A DNA stretch of 57,148 bases from an uncultured Candidatus Saccharibacteria bacterium. Lineage in GTDB: Bacteria; Patescibacteriota; Minisyncoccia; Phycocordibacterales; UBA918. The notes below the pieces were generated by a model. The model was not told the origin of the DNA. It saw only the letters and a program-made list of their open reading frames with translations, and did not search any database. The stretch is from the NCBI GenBank assembly GCA_964618165.1, contig CAZTWW010000002.1:1-57148 (forward strand). Direction: 5' to 3'. Shown here piece after piece: positions 26,200 to 35,254 of the stretch. Each line of letters begins with the position of its first letter. The stretch's first letter is position 1. The translations under genes were made by a program, and so were the position numbers.

Positions 26200-27480
26200 T
26201 TAGGCGTACGAAGATTGCGCAATCGGCAACCGAACAATAAACGTCGTGCCTTTATCCTCAACCGTCTCTACCTCAATGGTGCCACCAAGTTGCTCAACCG
26301 ACTCCTTCACAATATAGAGACCGAGGCCTGTCCCTTCAGCGCGATGTTGCATCGCGTTGCTCGCACGGAAGAATTTGCTGAAGAGGCGAGGAAGCTGGTC
26401 AGCCGGGATACCGATACCACTATCAGCGACAACAAAGATGAGCGTACCGCCCTCAACCTGGTACCCAAACGAGATCTGATCACCAGGACGCACGTACTTC
26501 ACTGCGTTTGAGAGAAGATTACTCGTAATAATATGAAAGAGGCGACTATCTGCTGTATACGTAAAAGGTGCCGGGTTGTACGGCGTCGTGAGAACGATAT
26601 TCTTTTCTTTAATTTGTCCTTCAAATTCTTCGACAATGGTCGGGAGATAGGTGGAGAGCTCAATCGCTTCTGGGGCAGACGCAAAAGTACCAGTCTCAAG
26701 TTTCGAGACACTGAGGAAGTCATTGATAAGCGCGAGCATTCGCGTCACATTACGGGCCACCTTCATGAGGTAGACACCCTGCTTCTCAGTTGCGACACCC
26801 CGGAGCGAACGCTCAAGGAGCTCAACATTCCAGCGGATAGCAGCGACCGGAGTGCGGAGTTGGTGGGTCGCAAGCGCCACGAACTCACTCTTCGCTTTAT
26901 CGACAATCTTATGTTGAGTGATATCCACGAGCGAAACCATCCGCTGATCAAACGTCTGGTTTACGAAGAACGAAATAGAAACCCAACGCTCTTCGTCACT
27001 ATAGGTACGGATAACCATCTCGGTGTCCATAAAGGCAGTGTTACGATCGAACTTACCCATCGTTACTGAATAATGAACATCGTCCTCATGGGTGAGACGA
27101 TCAAAAACGGTTTTGCCAATGAGCTCTTGTTGCGGAAGACCGAGAAGTCGAGCCGAAGCTTGGTTACAAGTAGTAATTACCCCACGACCATCAAGGGTCA
27201 CGTATGGAACTGGGCTTTGATTATAGAGTGTGGCGTAAAGCTCGCGAGAATTAAGGAGCTGATTCTTATGCCACTCCACCTGCGCATCATCGGCCGAGCC
27301 TATCAGAAGCACTGCTGCCGTAAGAGTAAAGAGTACGGTCAGTGAGAGTATGTGGGGGAGATAGAGCGGAAAGAGCAAACTCGCAACAAAATATACCGCT
27401 GCGAACACGAGAAAGAGCACAACAATAATGGCGACCATTCGGAGCGCGCGCCAGAGGCCAAAGCCAACTTGAATGTGCAT
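26200..27480 (-). CDS. Sensor histidine kinase (TM-PAS-HisKA-HATPase_c)
   Basis: H-box 'ATHQLRTPV', N-box 'NLLSNAVKY', G-boxes 'DSGIGI' and 'GTGLGL'. PAS-like 'YATLYNQSPVPYVTLD'. Confidence 0.9.
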   Translation of the reverse strand: MHIQVGFGLWRALRMVAIIVVLFLVFAAVYFVASLLFPLYLPHILSLTVLFTLTAAVLLIGSADDAQVEWHKNQLLNSRELYATLYNQSPVPYVTLDGRGVITTCNQASARLLGLPQQELIGKTVFDRLTHEDDVHYSVTMGKFDRNTAFMDTEMVIRTYSDEERWVSISFFVNQTFDQRMVSLVDITQHKIVDKAKSEFVALATHQLRTPVAAIRWNVELLERSLRGVATEKQGVYLMKVARNVTRMLALINDFLSVSKLETGTFASAPEAIELSTYLPTIVEEFEGQIKEKNIVLTTPYNPAPFTYTADSRLFHIITSNLLSNAVKYVRPGDQISFGYQVEGGTLIFVVADSGIGIPADQLPRLFSKFFRASNAMQHRAEGTGLGLYIVKESVEQLGGTIEVETVEDKGTTFIVRLPIAQSSYA

Positions 27481-27543
27481 ACCCTCATATCATAACAGGC
27501 CGAGGTGGGGACAGGCCATATATGCCTGTGGTAGAATCATCAT

Positions 27544-27921
27544 ATGGAAAAGCATATCCTCATCATCGAAGACGAAATCGACTTGCGTGAAGCAATGGCT
27601 GAAGCCCTCCAGGAAGAAGGCTATCAGGTCACTATGGCTGAAAACGGCCAAGTTGGACTTGAGATCGCACTCCGTGACCATCCAGATCTCATTCTCCTCG
27701 ACCTCATGATGCCGATCATGGATGGACAGACTATGTTCGGAAAACTCCGTGAAGATGCTTGGGGTCGCTATGCAAATGTGGTAATTCTCACGGCGATGGA
27801 CGACGTCAATAATATCGGACTCGCACACGAAGAGAAGCCACTTGATTACTTCATTAAGGCTCACCACAGTCTCGATGATCTCATCAAGCAGATTCGACTC
27901 CTCCTCTATACTGCCCCCTAG
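27544..27921 (+). CDS. Stand-alone response-regulator receiver (CheY-like)
   Basis: 'ILIIEDE', 'LILLDLMMPIMDG', and the conserved K in 'DYFIKAH'. No output domain. Confidence 0.9.
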   Translation: MEKHILIIEDEIDLREAMAEALQEEGYQVTMAENGQVGLEIALRDHPDLILLDLMMPIMDGQTMFGKLREDAWGRYANVVILTAMDDVNNIGLAHEEKPLDYFIKAHHSLDDLIKQIRLLLYTAP

Positions 27922-27991
27922 ACAAAACCATACTTAGAGTAGTATGGTTTTGTCTAGATACGTTCTCACGCCAACAAGGGAGGATTCTCAC

Positions 27992-28177
27992 ATGAAGGAC
28001 TGGCCGTACCACGTGCTTGGTATAAGCATCAGTGCCTGGATTCTGGTATCACCGCTTTTCTATCCATTCCTGCTCGACGTCTACAGCTTTTTGTTTTTGA
28101 CCTTTGCAGTCGCGACGTATAAATACGCTATCGCCAAGGTTACCTACAACAGCATCGATAAAATAAGTGGGGAGTAA
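27992..28177 (+). CDS. Small membrane protein
   Basis: Two TM helices. GGGAGG lies upstream of the ATG at 27992. The track starts at 27944. Confidence 0.4.
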   Translation: MKDWPYHVLGISISAWILVSPLFYPFLLDVYSFLFLTFAVATYKYAIAKVTYNSIDKISGE

Positions 28178-28180
28178 ACG

Positions 28181-28621
28181 ATGAAAGCGCTACGAAGCTG
28201 GGGTGAGCGTGATGTGACCGAAGAAAGTTTTCTCTTGTGTATCGCAGCGATTTCATTTTGTCTCGCTGTCATTACCTTTGCGTACACACGCTTCGGAATC
28301 ATGGGTGTTGGGGTACTGACGATGATTGCGATTGCGGTCTGTATAATCGTCGTATTCATCATCTACACAATACTCTACGCTGTCGACGACGACTTTGATT
28401 ATGATGAGTCCTTCGATGGAATGGTAGACATGATTTGCAAGGGTTTCATTGGCCTTTCGGTCACAATCTTCGCCATCTACCAACTCACCCTGCATGCAAG
28501 CAAGGATGAGCTCATGGTCCTCGGACTCATGGTCGGACTCTATCTCCTTGGAAGCCTCAAGAGCTGGGGCGTGATGTGGTTCTACCATCGTGTCAACAGG
28601 CTGTTTAAAGTCAACGACTGA
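28181..28621 (+). CDS. Hypothetical membrane protein
   Basis: 4 TM helices. GGGGAG lies upstream of the ATG. Confidence 0.45.
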   Translation: MKALRSWGERDVTEESFLLCIAAISFCLAVITFAYTRFGIMGVGVLTMIAIAVCIIVVFIIYTILYAVDDDFDYDESFDGMVDMICKGFIGLSVTIFAIYQLTLHASKDELMVLGLMVGLYLLGSLKSWGVMWFYHRVNRLFKVND

Positions 28622-28631
28622 AGAAACCAAG

Positions 28632-28660
28632 ACGAGCGCCCCTGGCGCTCGTTTTCTTTT
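28632..28660 (+). terminator. Rho-independent terminator
   Basis: Stem acgagcgcc/ggcgctcgt followed by tttcttttt. Confidence 0.7.
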
Positions 28661-28721
28661 TACATTTTAATAAATCGTGGCATACTAACAAATACCGTTA
28701 CAAGATAACCGAGGTAGGACT

Positions 28722-31550
28722 ATGCATAAAAAATTCGACTCAGGACTGATTGAACAAAAGTGGCAACAAACATGGGACGAAGCCAAGCTCTATGAAGTTG
28801 GCGATCGTGACCCGAGTAAAGATAAAGCCTACCTCCTCGTCGAATGGCCCTACCCATCGGGCAACCTCCATATCGGTCACTGGTACGCCTTTGCAGTACC
28901 AGACATCTATGCCCGCTACAAGCGCATGCAAGGTACCCAGGTTCTTTTTCCAATGGGCTTTGACGCCTTTGGTCTCCCGGCAGAAAACGCCGCCATCAAG
29001 CGGAAGCTCGACCCAAAAGTCTGGACCTACGACAACATGGCGTACATGCGTCACCAGCTCAAGAGCATGGGCAACATGTTTGCTTGGGACAAGACCACCT
29101 CAAGTACCGATCCCGAGTACTACGCGTGGACGCAACAGATGTTCACTGAGTTCTTTAAGCATGGTATCGCATACCGTGGGAAGGGTGTGGTCAATTGGTG
29201 TCCGGGGTGTAACACCGTGATAGCAAACGAGCAAGTCTTACCAGACGGCACCTGCGAGCGCTCAGGAGACATGATTGAAAAGCGGGAGATGCCACAGTGG
29301 ATGCTCAAGATTACCAAGTATGCCGATAAACTCATCGACGACCTCGAGACCGTCAACTGGCCAGAGCATATTAAAGAGGCGCAGCGTCAGTGGATTGGTC
29401 GTAGTCGTGGTGCTGAGATAGACTTCACGCTCACGACTGGCGAGACCGTTACTGTCTTTACGACACGGCCAGACACCCTCTATGGGGTGACGTACCTCGT
29501 TCTCGCACCAGAGCACGCACTCCTGCAGTCCGCAACAGTGCGAAGCAACACCTCGAACTTGAGTGACGTTGACGCCTATATTGCGAAAGCGAAGCAAAAA
29601 GACGAACAAGACCGTCTCGATGCCACCAAAGAAAAGACTGGGGTGAAGCTTGATGGTATTACCGCGACCAATCCGGTTAATGGCGAGACCATTCCAGTCT
29701 TTGTCGCTGACTATGTGCTCGGTGGCTACGGTACCGGCGCCATTATGGCAGTACCAGCGCATGATGAGCGCGATGGTGAGTTTGCTCGGAAGTTTAATCT
29801 ACCAATCAAACCTGTTGTAGCTACCCACTTCATAAAAAGTGAACAGATAGACAGAGTTAGAAATGGAGTTTACGGACTAATAAAAATTGATAATAAGTAT
29901 CTTATCCAACACTTCACAAAAGATGACTTCTACTGGCTACCAGGTGGAGGACTTGACCAAGACGAGACACACGAAAATGGGTTACTTCGTGAGCTAAATG
30001 AAGAGACACACTACGCAGACTTTTTAATCAAAGAAAAGGTATCTGTCGGTGTTATTGATACAAAATCAAAAGAAGGAAAATCACTTCGCAACATTAGTCA
30101 GGTCTATAAAGTAGAGATTGCATCAAATAACACGTCACCAAGCGCAATGACTGCAGACGAACTAGAAGACGGTATCGAACTATTATTACTCTCAAGAGAA
30201 GAAATTGAGAAACTCACCTCTTCATTTGAACCTGAACGAATTGAATTTATAAAAGAGGCAATCCGCATTGCAGAAGGTGAACCCAAAACATCAACCGGTG
30301 TACTTGTGGCCTCCGGTGAATTCGATGGACTTGATAGTGAGACCGCTAAAGAACAAATTGTCGCCAAAGTTGGTGGTCGCATGACCTCGACCTATCGCCT
30401 CCGCGACTGGTCAATCGGGCGCCAGCGGTACTGGGGCGTCCCGATTCCAATTGTCTATAGCCCAGAAGGTGAAGCCCACCCGGTGCCAAAGGAGCATCTT
30501 CCGTGGCTCTTGCCAGAAGACGTCGACCCAACCCCAACCGGTGTCGCTCCACTTGCGAAGAGTGAAGAGCTCAAGCGTCGGACCGAGGCTATCTTTGGTC
30601 CCGGCTGGACACCAGAGGTCGAAACGATGGACACTTTCGTCGACTCATCCTGGTATTTCCTCCGTTATCTCGACAACCATAATGAGAATGCACTCGCAAG
30701 CCTCGAACGACAAAAGGAATGGATGCCAATTGATGTGTATTTCGGTGGAGCCGAGCACACTACCATGCACCTCCTTTACTCACGCTTCTGGCAGAAGGCA
30801 CTCTACGACCTTGGTCTCGTGACCGAAAGTGAACCATATCATCGACGCGTCAACCGTGGCCTTATCCTCGGCCCAGACGGCAACAAGATGAGTAAGAGTA
30901 AAGGCAATGTCGTTGACCCTGACGAGCAAGTGAAGTTCGTCGGCGCCGATACAGTAAAGATGTACCTCGCCTTTATGGGCCCCTATGAGGGGAACAACTA
31001 CCCCTGGGATATGGGTGGGATTGCTGGTGTACGCCGCTTCCTCGAGCGTGTCTACGGTCTTATCGACCATATCAGTGACACAGAAGGGGAGGAAGTAACC
31101 CGCCAGCTCCACAAGACCATCATCAAAGTAAGTGGAGACATTGCTGAGTTTAAGTTCAACACCGCCATCAGTGCGATGATGATATTCGTGAACCTCTCCG
31201 AGAAGTCGACCCTCACCAGAGCATCATACGAGACCTTCCTCCGTCTCCTCGCTCCATTTGCCCCTCACCTCACCGAGGAGATTTGGCATGAGCTCGGACA
31301 CACCACGAGCATCCACCTTGAGGCCTATCCAGTGGCAGACGAAGCCCTCGCCCGTGACACAAGTGTCGAGATCGGGGTCCAGGTCAACGGCAAGATGCGA
31401 GGCAGTATTACGGTGAGCCAGGAGGCAGGGGAGAGTGAGGCGCTAGACGCCGCACGAGCAGTCCCAACTATCGCCGGGAAGCTCGCGGAAGGGGAGATAA
31501 AAAAGGTGATTTATATCCCTGGTAAAATCCTTAATGTTATTGTCGGATAA
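28722..31550 (+). CDS. leuS: Leucyl-tRNA synthetase with an inserted Nudix-like module
   Basis: 'HIGH' variant 'NLHIGHWY', editing-domain 'TTRPDTLYG', 'AVPAHDERD', 'KMSKSKGN'. 942 aa against about 800-860 typical. Confidence 0.95.
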   Translation: MHKKFDSGLIEQKWQQTWDEAKLYEVGDRDPSKDKAYLLVEWPYPSGNLHIGHWYAFAVPDIYARYKRMQGTQVLFPMGFDAFGLPAENAAIKRKLDPKVWTYDNMAYMRHQLKSMGNMFAWDKTTSSTDPEYYAWTQQMFTEFFKHGIAYRGKGVVNWCPGCNTVIANEQVLPDGTCERSGDMIEKREMPQWMLKITKYADKLIDDLETVNWPEHIKEAQRQWIGRSRGAEIDFTLTTGETVTVFTTRPDTLYGVTYLVLAPEHALLQSATVRSNTSNLSDVDAYIAKAKQKDEQDRLDATKEKTGVKLDGITATNPVNGETIPVFVADYVLGGYGTGAIMAVPAHDERDGEFARKFNLPIKPVVATHFIKSEQIDRVRNGVYGLIKIDNKYLIQHFTKDDFYWLPGGGLDQDETHENGLLRELNEETHYADFLIKEKVSVGVIDTKSKEGKSLRNISQVYKVEIASNNTSPSAMTADELEDGIELLLLSREEIEKLTSSFEPERIEFIKEAIRIAEGEPKTSTGVLVASGEFDGLDSETAKEQIVAKVGGRMTSTYRLRDWSIGRQRYWGVPIPIVYSPEGEAHPVPKEHLPWLLPEDVDPTPTGVAPLAKSEELKRRTEAIFGPGWTPEVETMDTFVDSSWYFLRYLDNHNENALASLERQKEWMPIDVYFGGAEHTTMHLLYSRFWQKALYDLGLVTESEPYHRRVNRGLILGPDGNKMSKSKGNVVDPDEQVKFVGADTVKMYLAFMGPYEGNNYPWDMGGIAGVRRFLERVYGLIDHISDTEGEEVTRQLHKTIIKVSGDIAEFKFNTAISAMMIFVNLSEKSTLTRASYETFLRLLAPFAPHLTEEIWHELGHTTSIHLEAYPVADEALARDTSVEIGVQVNGKMRGSITVSQEAGESEALDAARAVPTIAGKLAEGEIKKVIYIPGKILNVIVG
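29820..30296 (+). other. In-frame insertion (residues about 367-525) containing a Nudix box
   Basis: 'GGLDQDETHENGLLRELNEETHY' (29946-30014) fits GX5EX7REUXEEXGU except that the final G is H. The DNA here is AT-rich: 22 of 60 GC at 29821-29880. Confidence 0.7.
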
Positions 31551-31557
31551 GTGCGCC

Positions 31558-31587
31558 CATGCCATTTGACGTTTGTCAAATGGCATG
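31558..31587 (+). terminator. Hairpin terminator after leuS
   Basis: 13-bp perfect stem catgccatttgac/gtcaaatggcatg. Confidence 0.6.
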
Positions 31588-31647
31588 CTATAACATGGGC
31601 ACTACTGAGGAGGTAGCACTAAATTATTCTTATTTTGAGCGGAATTT

Positions 31648-32673
31648 ATGATTACTTTTAAACCAAAACAGGTCACGAAGAAGCTATTGGCAGCGCTCCC
31701 AGAGCGCGCTCGCGACGTCCTTGAGAAGCGCTACGGGCTTGGCAACGACGGCGAAACGTACACCCTTGAATCAATCGGCCAGACCTACGGCATCACCCGT
31801 GAGCGCGTCCGTCAGATTGAGAACTACGGCATCAGCTCAATCCAGAAATCAAGTGCATACAGTGAGCACGCCGAGCTCCTCGCTGAGCTCCAGGAGGCCA
31901 TCAAGATGCTCGGTGGCGGTGTCGTCGCTGAAAACGTCCTCCTCGACTCACTCACCAAAGACGAATCAACCCGCAACCACCTCTACTTCCTCCTCGTTGT
32001 TGGCGACACCTTCTACAAAGGCAAAGAGAATCCGCTCTACCACCACCGTTGGTTCACTGAGAAGAAGATTGCTGAAGCAGTCGAACGTGCGCTCAAAAAC
32101 GTTCATGGCACCCTCAATCGAGACGACCTCGTGTCTGAGACCGAGATCCTCAACCGCTTCCGCAACGAACTCATCGAAATCGCGCACGAGCACGATGACG
32201 AGACCTTGAAGCGCTGGCTCCTTATCTCAAAGCAGATTGCTCGCAACCCGCTCGGCGACTGGGGCCCAGCTGATAGTCCTAATGTCCGCGTAAAGGGTAT
32301 CCGTGACTACGCCTACCTCGCAGTTAAGCGCCATGGTTCACCGATGCACTTTAAGGAAGTAGCGCAGGCGATTGAGCAACTCTTCAGTCACAAGGCTCAT
32401 GTCGCGACGACTCACAACGAGCTCATCAAGGACGAACGCTTCGTCCTCGTTGGTCGCGGTCTCTACGCCCTCACTGAGTGGGGTTACACCGCTGGTGTGG
32501 TAAAGGAAGTACTCCGCCAAATCCTTGAAAACGATGGTCCACTCACTCGTGAAGAAATCATCGACAAGGTACGCAAGGAGCGTTACGTCAAGGACAACAC
32601 GATTATCGTGAACCTCCAAGACACCAACCTCTTCAAGCGCCTCTCAAGCGGGCAGTACACGCTTGCTGATTAA
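31648..32673 (+). CDS. Sigma-70 region 4-like HTH protein with C-terminal HARE-HTH-like domain
   Basis: 'RARDVLEKRYGL...TLESIGQTYGITRERVRQIENYGI' is region 4-like. 'MHFKEVAQAIE...RFVLVGRGLYALTEWG' is delta-subunit/HARE-HTH-like. Confidence 0.65.
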   Translation: MITFKPKQVTKKLLAALPERARDVLEKRYGLGNDGETYTLESIGQTYGITRERVRQIENYGISSIQKSSAYSEHAELLAELQEAIKMLGGGVVAENVLLDSLTKDESTRNHLYFLLVVGDTFYKGKENPLYHHRWFTEKKIAEAVERALKNVHGTLNRDDLVSETEILNRFRNELIEIAHEHDDETLKRWLLISKQIARNPLGDWGPADSPNVRVKGIRDYAYLAVKRHGSPMHFKEVAQAIEQLFSHKAHVATTHNELIKDERFVLVGRGLYALTEWGYTAGVVKEVLRQILENDGPLTREEIIDKVRKERYVKDNTIIVNLQDTNLFKRLSSGQYTLAD

Positions 32674-32678
32674 TCCTC

Positions 32679-32715
32679 AAAACCGGGTTCGGGCATACGC
32701 TCCGAACCCGGTTTT
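32679..32715 (+). terminator. Rho-independent terminator
   Basis: 14-bp stem aaaaccgggttcgg/ccgaacccggtttt. Confidence 0.75.
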
Positions 32716-32735
32716 GGTGTACAATATCCTTATCT

Positions 32736-34070
32736 ATGTCTGATTTATTCAAAGCGATGTTTGGCTTTTTGGCCGCACCGGTTCTCGTTATCATCGGCCT
32801 TATTGTGATGCGGTACACCTTTTCGATTATGGGTATCGATCCAGAACCAGTTATCTCGCTCGTGATAGCTACTACGCCAATCTGGCTACCATTCCTCCTC
32901 TTTTGGCTCCTCTACGAAAAGTGGATGGAATTTGTACATCTCAAGTTCAAGCTGCAGCAAGGCCGTACGACACTCCGTATCAAGTTGCCACAAGAAGTCT
33001 TTAAGTCACCCGAAGCGATGGAGAATGTGCTCGCCCAGGTCCACAACGTCCAATCACCAGACAACCTCTGGCAGACGTATATCGACGGCAAACATCCACT
33101 CATCATGTCTCTTGAGATCGTCTCAATTGGCGGTGATGTCCGTCTCTATATTAACTGTCCAACCAAGAAGGTAAAGAATGCCGTTGAATCACAACTCTAC
33201 GCTCAGTACCCGGGTGTCGAGGTAGTTGAGGAACCGATTGATTACACCGCTGAGATTGTGCCAGACCATAGTAAGTACGACATGTTCGCCCTCCATATGC
33301 GCCAGAAGGGTGACGAAGAATTACCAATCCGCACGTACATCGATATGGGCCTTGATAAGCTTCCAAAGGAAGAATTCAAGCTCGATCCAATGGCACCAAT
33401 GATTGAGCATATTGGTAGTATTAAGCCTCATGAGCGCATCTGGGTGCAGTTCCTCTGTATTCCGCATGCCAAGAAGAACTTTAAGACCGGCTACATGCAC
33501 GAGACCAAGACTTGGGAGGGTCGTGTCCAGGCTAAGATTGATGAGATGATGGGCCGCAACAAAGACAAGACTGGCCCGGCTGAACTCGAAAACCAACCAC
33601 GCCTCACTCCCGGTGAGCGGAGTGTCATTGAGGCAATGGAGCGTAATGTCAGTAAGTACGCGTATGAGGTTGGTATCCGCTGGGTGTACATCACGAAGAA
33701 GGGGACGTTTGATGGTAATGTCGTCTCACCACTCATTCGTTCGTTTGCCGCGTACGACCTTATCGGCCGCAATCAGATTGGTGTTGCGTGGCGTACCGAC
33801 TACGACTACAACTGGTTTTCAGACTGGTCGGGCAAAAAGAAGCTTAAGCTCAAGAAGAAAGAGGTTATCAACTACAAGAAGCGCGAACCACTTCATGGCA
33901 CTGCGATTAACCCGAGCATGACCTTCCAGATTATGTCGGTCGAGGAGCTTGCAACCGTCTTCCATATACCAAGTAGTACCGTCATGACTCCAGGTCTCAG
34001 TCGTATCCCGTCAACCCGTAAAGAAGCACCACCAAATCTCCCGATTGGTGACTTTAACAATGCCAAGTAG
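32736..34070 (+). CDS. Hypothetical membrane-anchored protein (444 aa)
   Basis: Two or three N-terminal TM helices followed by a large soluble domain. No catalytic motif recognised. Confidence 0.5.
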   Translation: MSDLFKAMFGFLAAPVLVIIGLIVMRYTFSIMGIDPEPVISLVIATTPIWLPFLLFWLLYEKWMEFVHLKFKLQQGRTTLRIKLPQEVFKSPEAMENVLAQVHNVQSPDNLWQTYIDGKHPLIMSLEIVSIGGDVRLYINCPTKKVKNAVESQLYAQYPGVEVVEEPIDYTAEIVPDHSKYDMFALHMRQKGDEELPIRTYIDMGLDKLPKEEFKLDPMAPMIEHIGSIKPHERIWVQFLCIPHAKKNFKTGYMHETKTWEGRVQAKIDEMMGRNKDKTGPAELENQPRLTPGERSVIEAMERNVSKYAYEVGIRWVYITKKGTFDGNVVSPLIRSFAAYDLIGRNQIGVAWRTDYDYNWFSDWSGKKKLKLKKKEVINYKKREPLHGTAINPSMTFQIMSVEELATVFHIPSSTVMTPGLSRIPSTRKEAPPNLPIGDFNNAK

Positions 34071-34073
34071 TCT

Positions 34074-35072
34074 ATGGAAGCTACCCCATCACCGTTTGCG
34101 GTTGTGCCACCACGACGCGCACTCAAGTATCTCCTTGTTGGACTTACGCTCGCCCTCATCGGTCTCATTATCGCGAGCTTCCTCGCTATCAAGCTCAATA
34201 CACCACCTGATAATTTCCCCGTCGCGACCCCAATTACGATTGAACCTGGCTCAAGTATCGCCGAGATTGTCGAGGTATTTAAGCGTAACAACATTGTCGC
34301 TTCAGAGCTCCTCCTCTATATCGTCCTCCTCACCCAGTACACGCCGAGTGATATCAAAGCAAGTACATACGTCTTTGATAAGCCGTACGATACCTTCACT
34401 ATCGCGAAGAAGCTCGCCTCGGGCGACTTCTCAAGCAACCTCGTCCGCCTGACCCACCGGGAAGGGGAGCCAGTGCGCGAACTCGCTGTCGCAGTACACG
34501 AGGCTATTCCGAATATTAGTGTTGACGAGTTCACCGCTATCGCTCTCCCTGAGGAAGGCTATCTTTTTCCAGAGACCTACTTCATCCCACCACACTACAC
34601 GAGTGAAGATATCGTGAAGACCCTCAAGCAAAAGCATGAAGACTTCATGCTGACCCGTCGCCAAGCCATTGCTGGAGGCAATCTCTCTGAGCGCGATGTC
34701 ATCATCCTCGCTTCGATTGTCGAGCGCGAAGCTAATTCTGAAGAGTCAATGGGGATGGTGGCAGGTATCCTTCGCAACCGTCTTGATCTTGATATGCCAC
34801 TCCAAGCTGACGCCTCAATTGAATACGACCTTGATAAGCCTCTTTCTGAGCTCACACCTGATGACCTGAAAAAAGACTCACCATATAACACCTACCTCAA
34901 CCGCGGACTCCCACCAACACCAATTGGTAACCCTGGTGCCATGGCAATAAATGCGGTCATTGACCCCACCCCAAGTGATTACCTCTTTTACATCACGGGA
35001 GATGATGGTACCTTCCACTACGCTACCACCTACGAAGACCATAAGCGCAACATCGCCCGGTATTTACGATAA
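34074..35072 (+). CDS. mltG: Endolytic murein transglycosylase MltG (YceG-like)
   Basis: 'GYLFPETYFIP', 'ILASIVEREA', 'SPYNTYLNRGLPPTPIGNPG'. Confidence 0.9.
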   Translation: MEATPSPFAVVPPRRALKYLLVGLTLALIGLIIASFLAIKLNTPPDNFPVATPITIEPGSSIAEIVEVFKRNNIVASELLLYIVLLTQYTPSDIKASTYVFDKPYDTFTIAKKLASGDFSSNLVRLTHREGEPVRELAVAVHEAIPNISVDEFTAIALPEEGYLFPETYFIPPHYTSEDIVKTLKQKHEDFMLTRRQAIAGGNLSERDVIILASIVEREANSEESMGMVAGILRNRLDLDMPLQADASIEYDLDKPLSELTPDDLKKDSPYNTYLNRGLPPTPIGNPGAMAINAVIDPTPSDYLFYITGDDGTFHYATTYEDHKRNIARYLR

Positions 35073-35080
35073 TTTTTAAA

Positions 35081-35102
35081 GGTTCGAGTCCCGGACTGCC
35101 AA
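35081..35102 (+). other. tRNA 3'-end-like fragment (GGTTCGAGTCC T-loop motif plus 11 nt)
   Basis: ggttcgagtcccggactgccaa. The upstream sequence is the mltG 3' end and cannot form the rest of a tRNA. Confidence 0.3.
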
Positions 35103-35149
35103 CATAAAACAGAAAACCCACCAAACGGCGGGATTTCCGTAGTGGGTCA

Positions 35150-35254
35150 TTATTCTTTCGTGTAAGGCTCAACAGCCTTCCACATTTCATCAGACATTTC
35201 TCTTGATGTACGCATGATCCACCAAGTCTTCATCTGTCTCAGCAATTTCATCAT
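35150..35254 (-). pseudogene. 34-aa ORF resembling the N-terminus of an IS4/IS5-type (DUF4096-like) transposase
   Basis: Hand translation gives MMKLLRQMKTWWIMRTSREMSDEMWKAVEPYTKE. 'SDEMWKAVEP' resembles the '[ST]DExWxxIEPLLP' N-terminal motif. GGGAG lies upstream. Confidence 0.3.

Noticed and set aside
29820-30296. An intein or mobile intron as the explanation for the LeuRS insertion.
   Set aside because: There is no Cys/Ser/Thr at the junctions, no terminal His-Asn, and no homing-endonuclease motifs. The reading frame is continuous and the segment carries a Nudix box instead.
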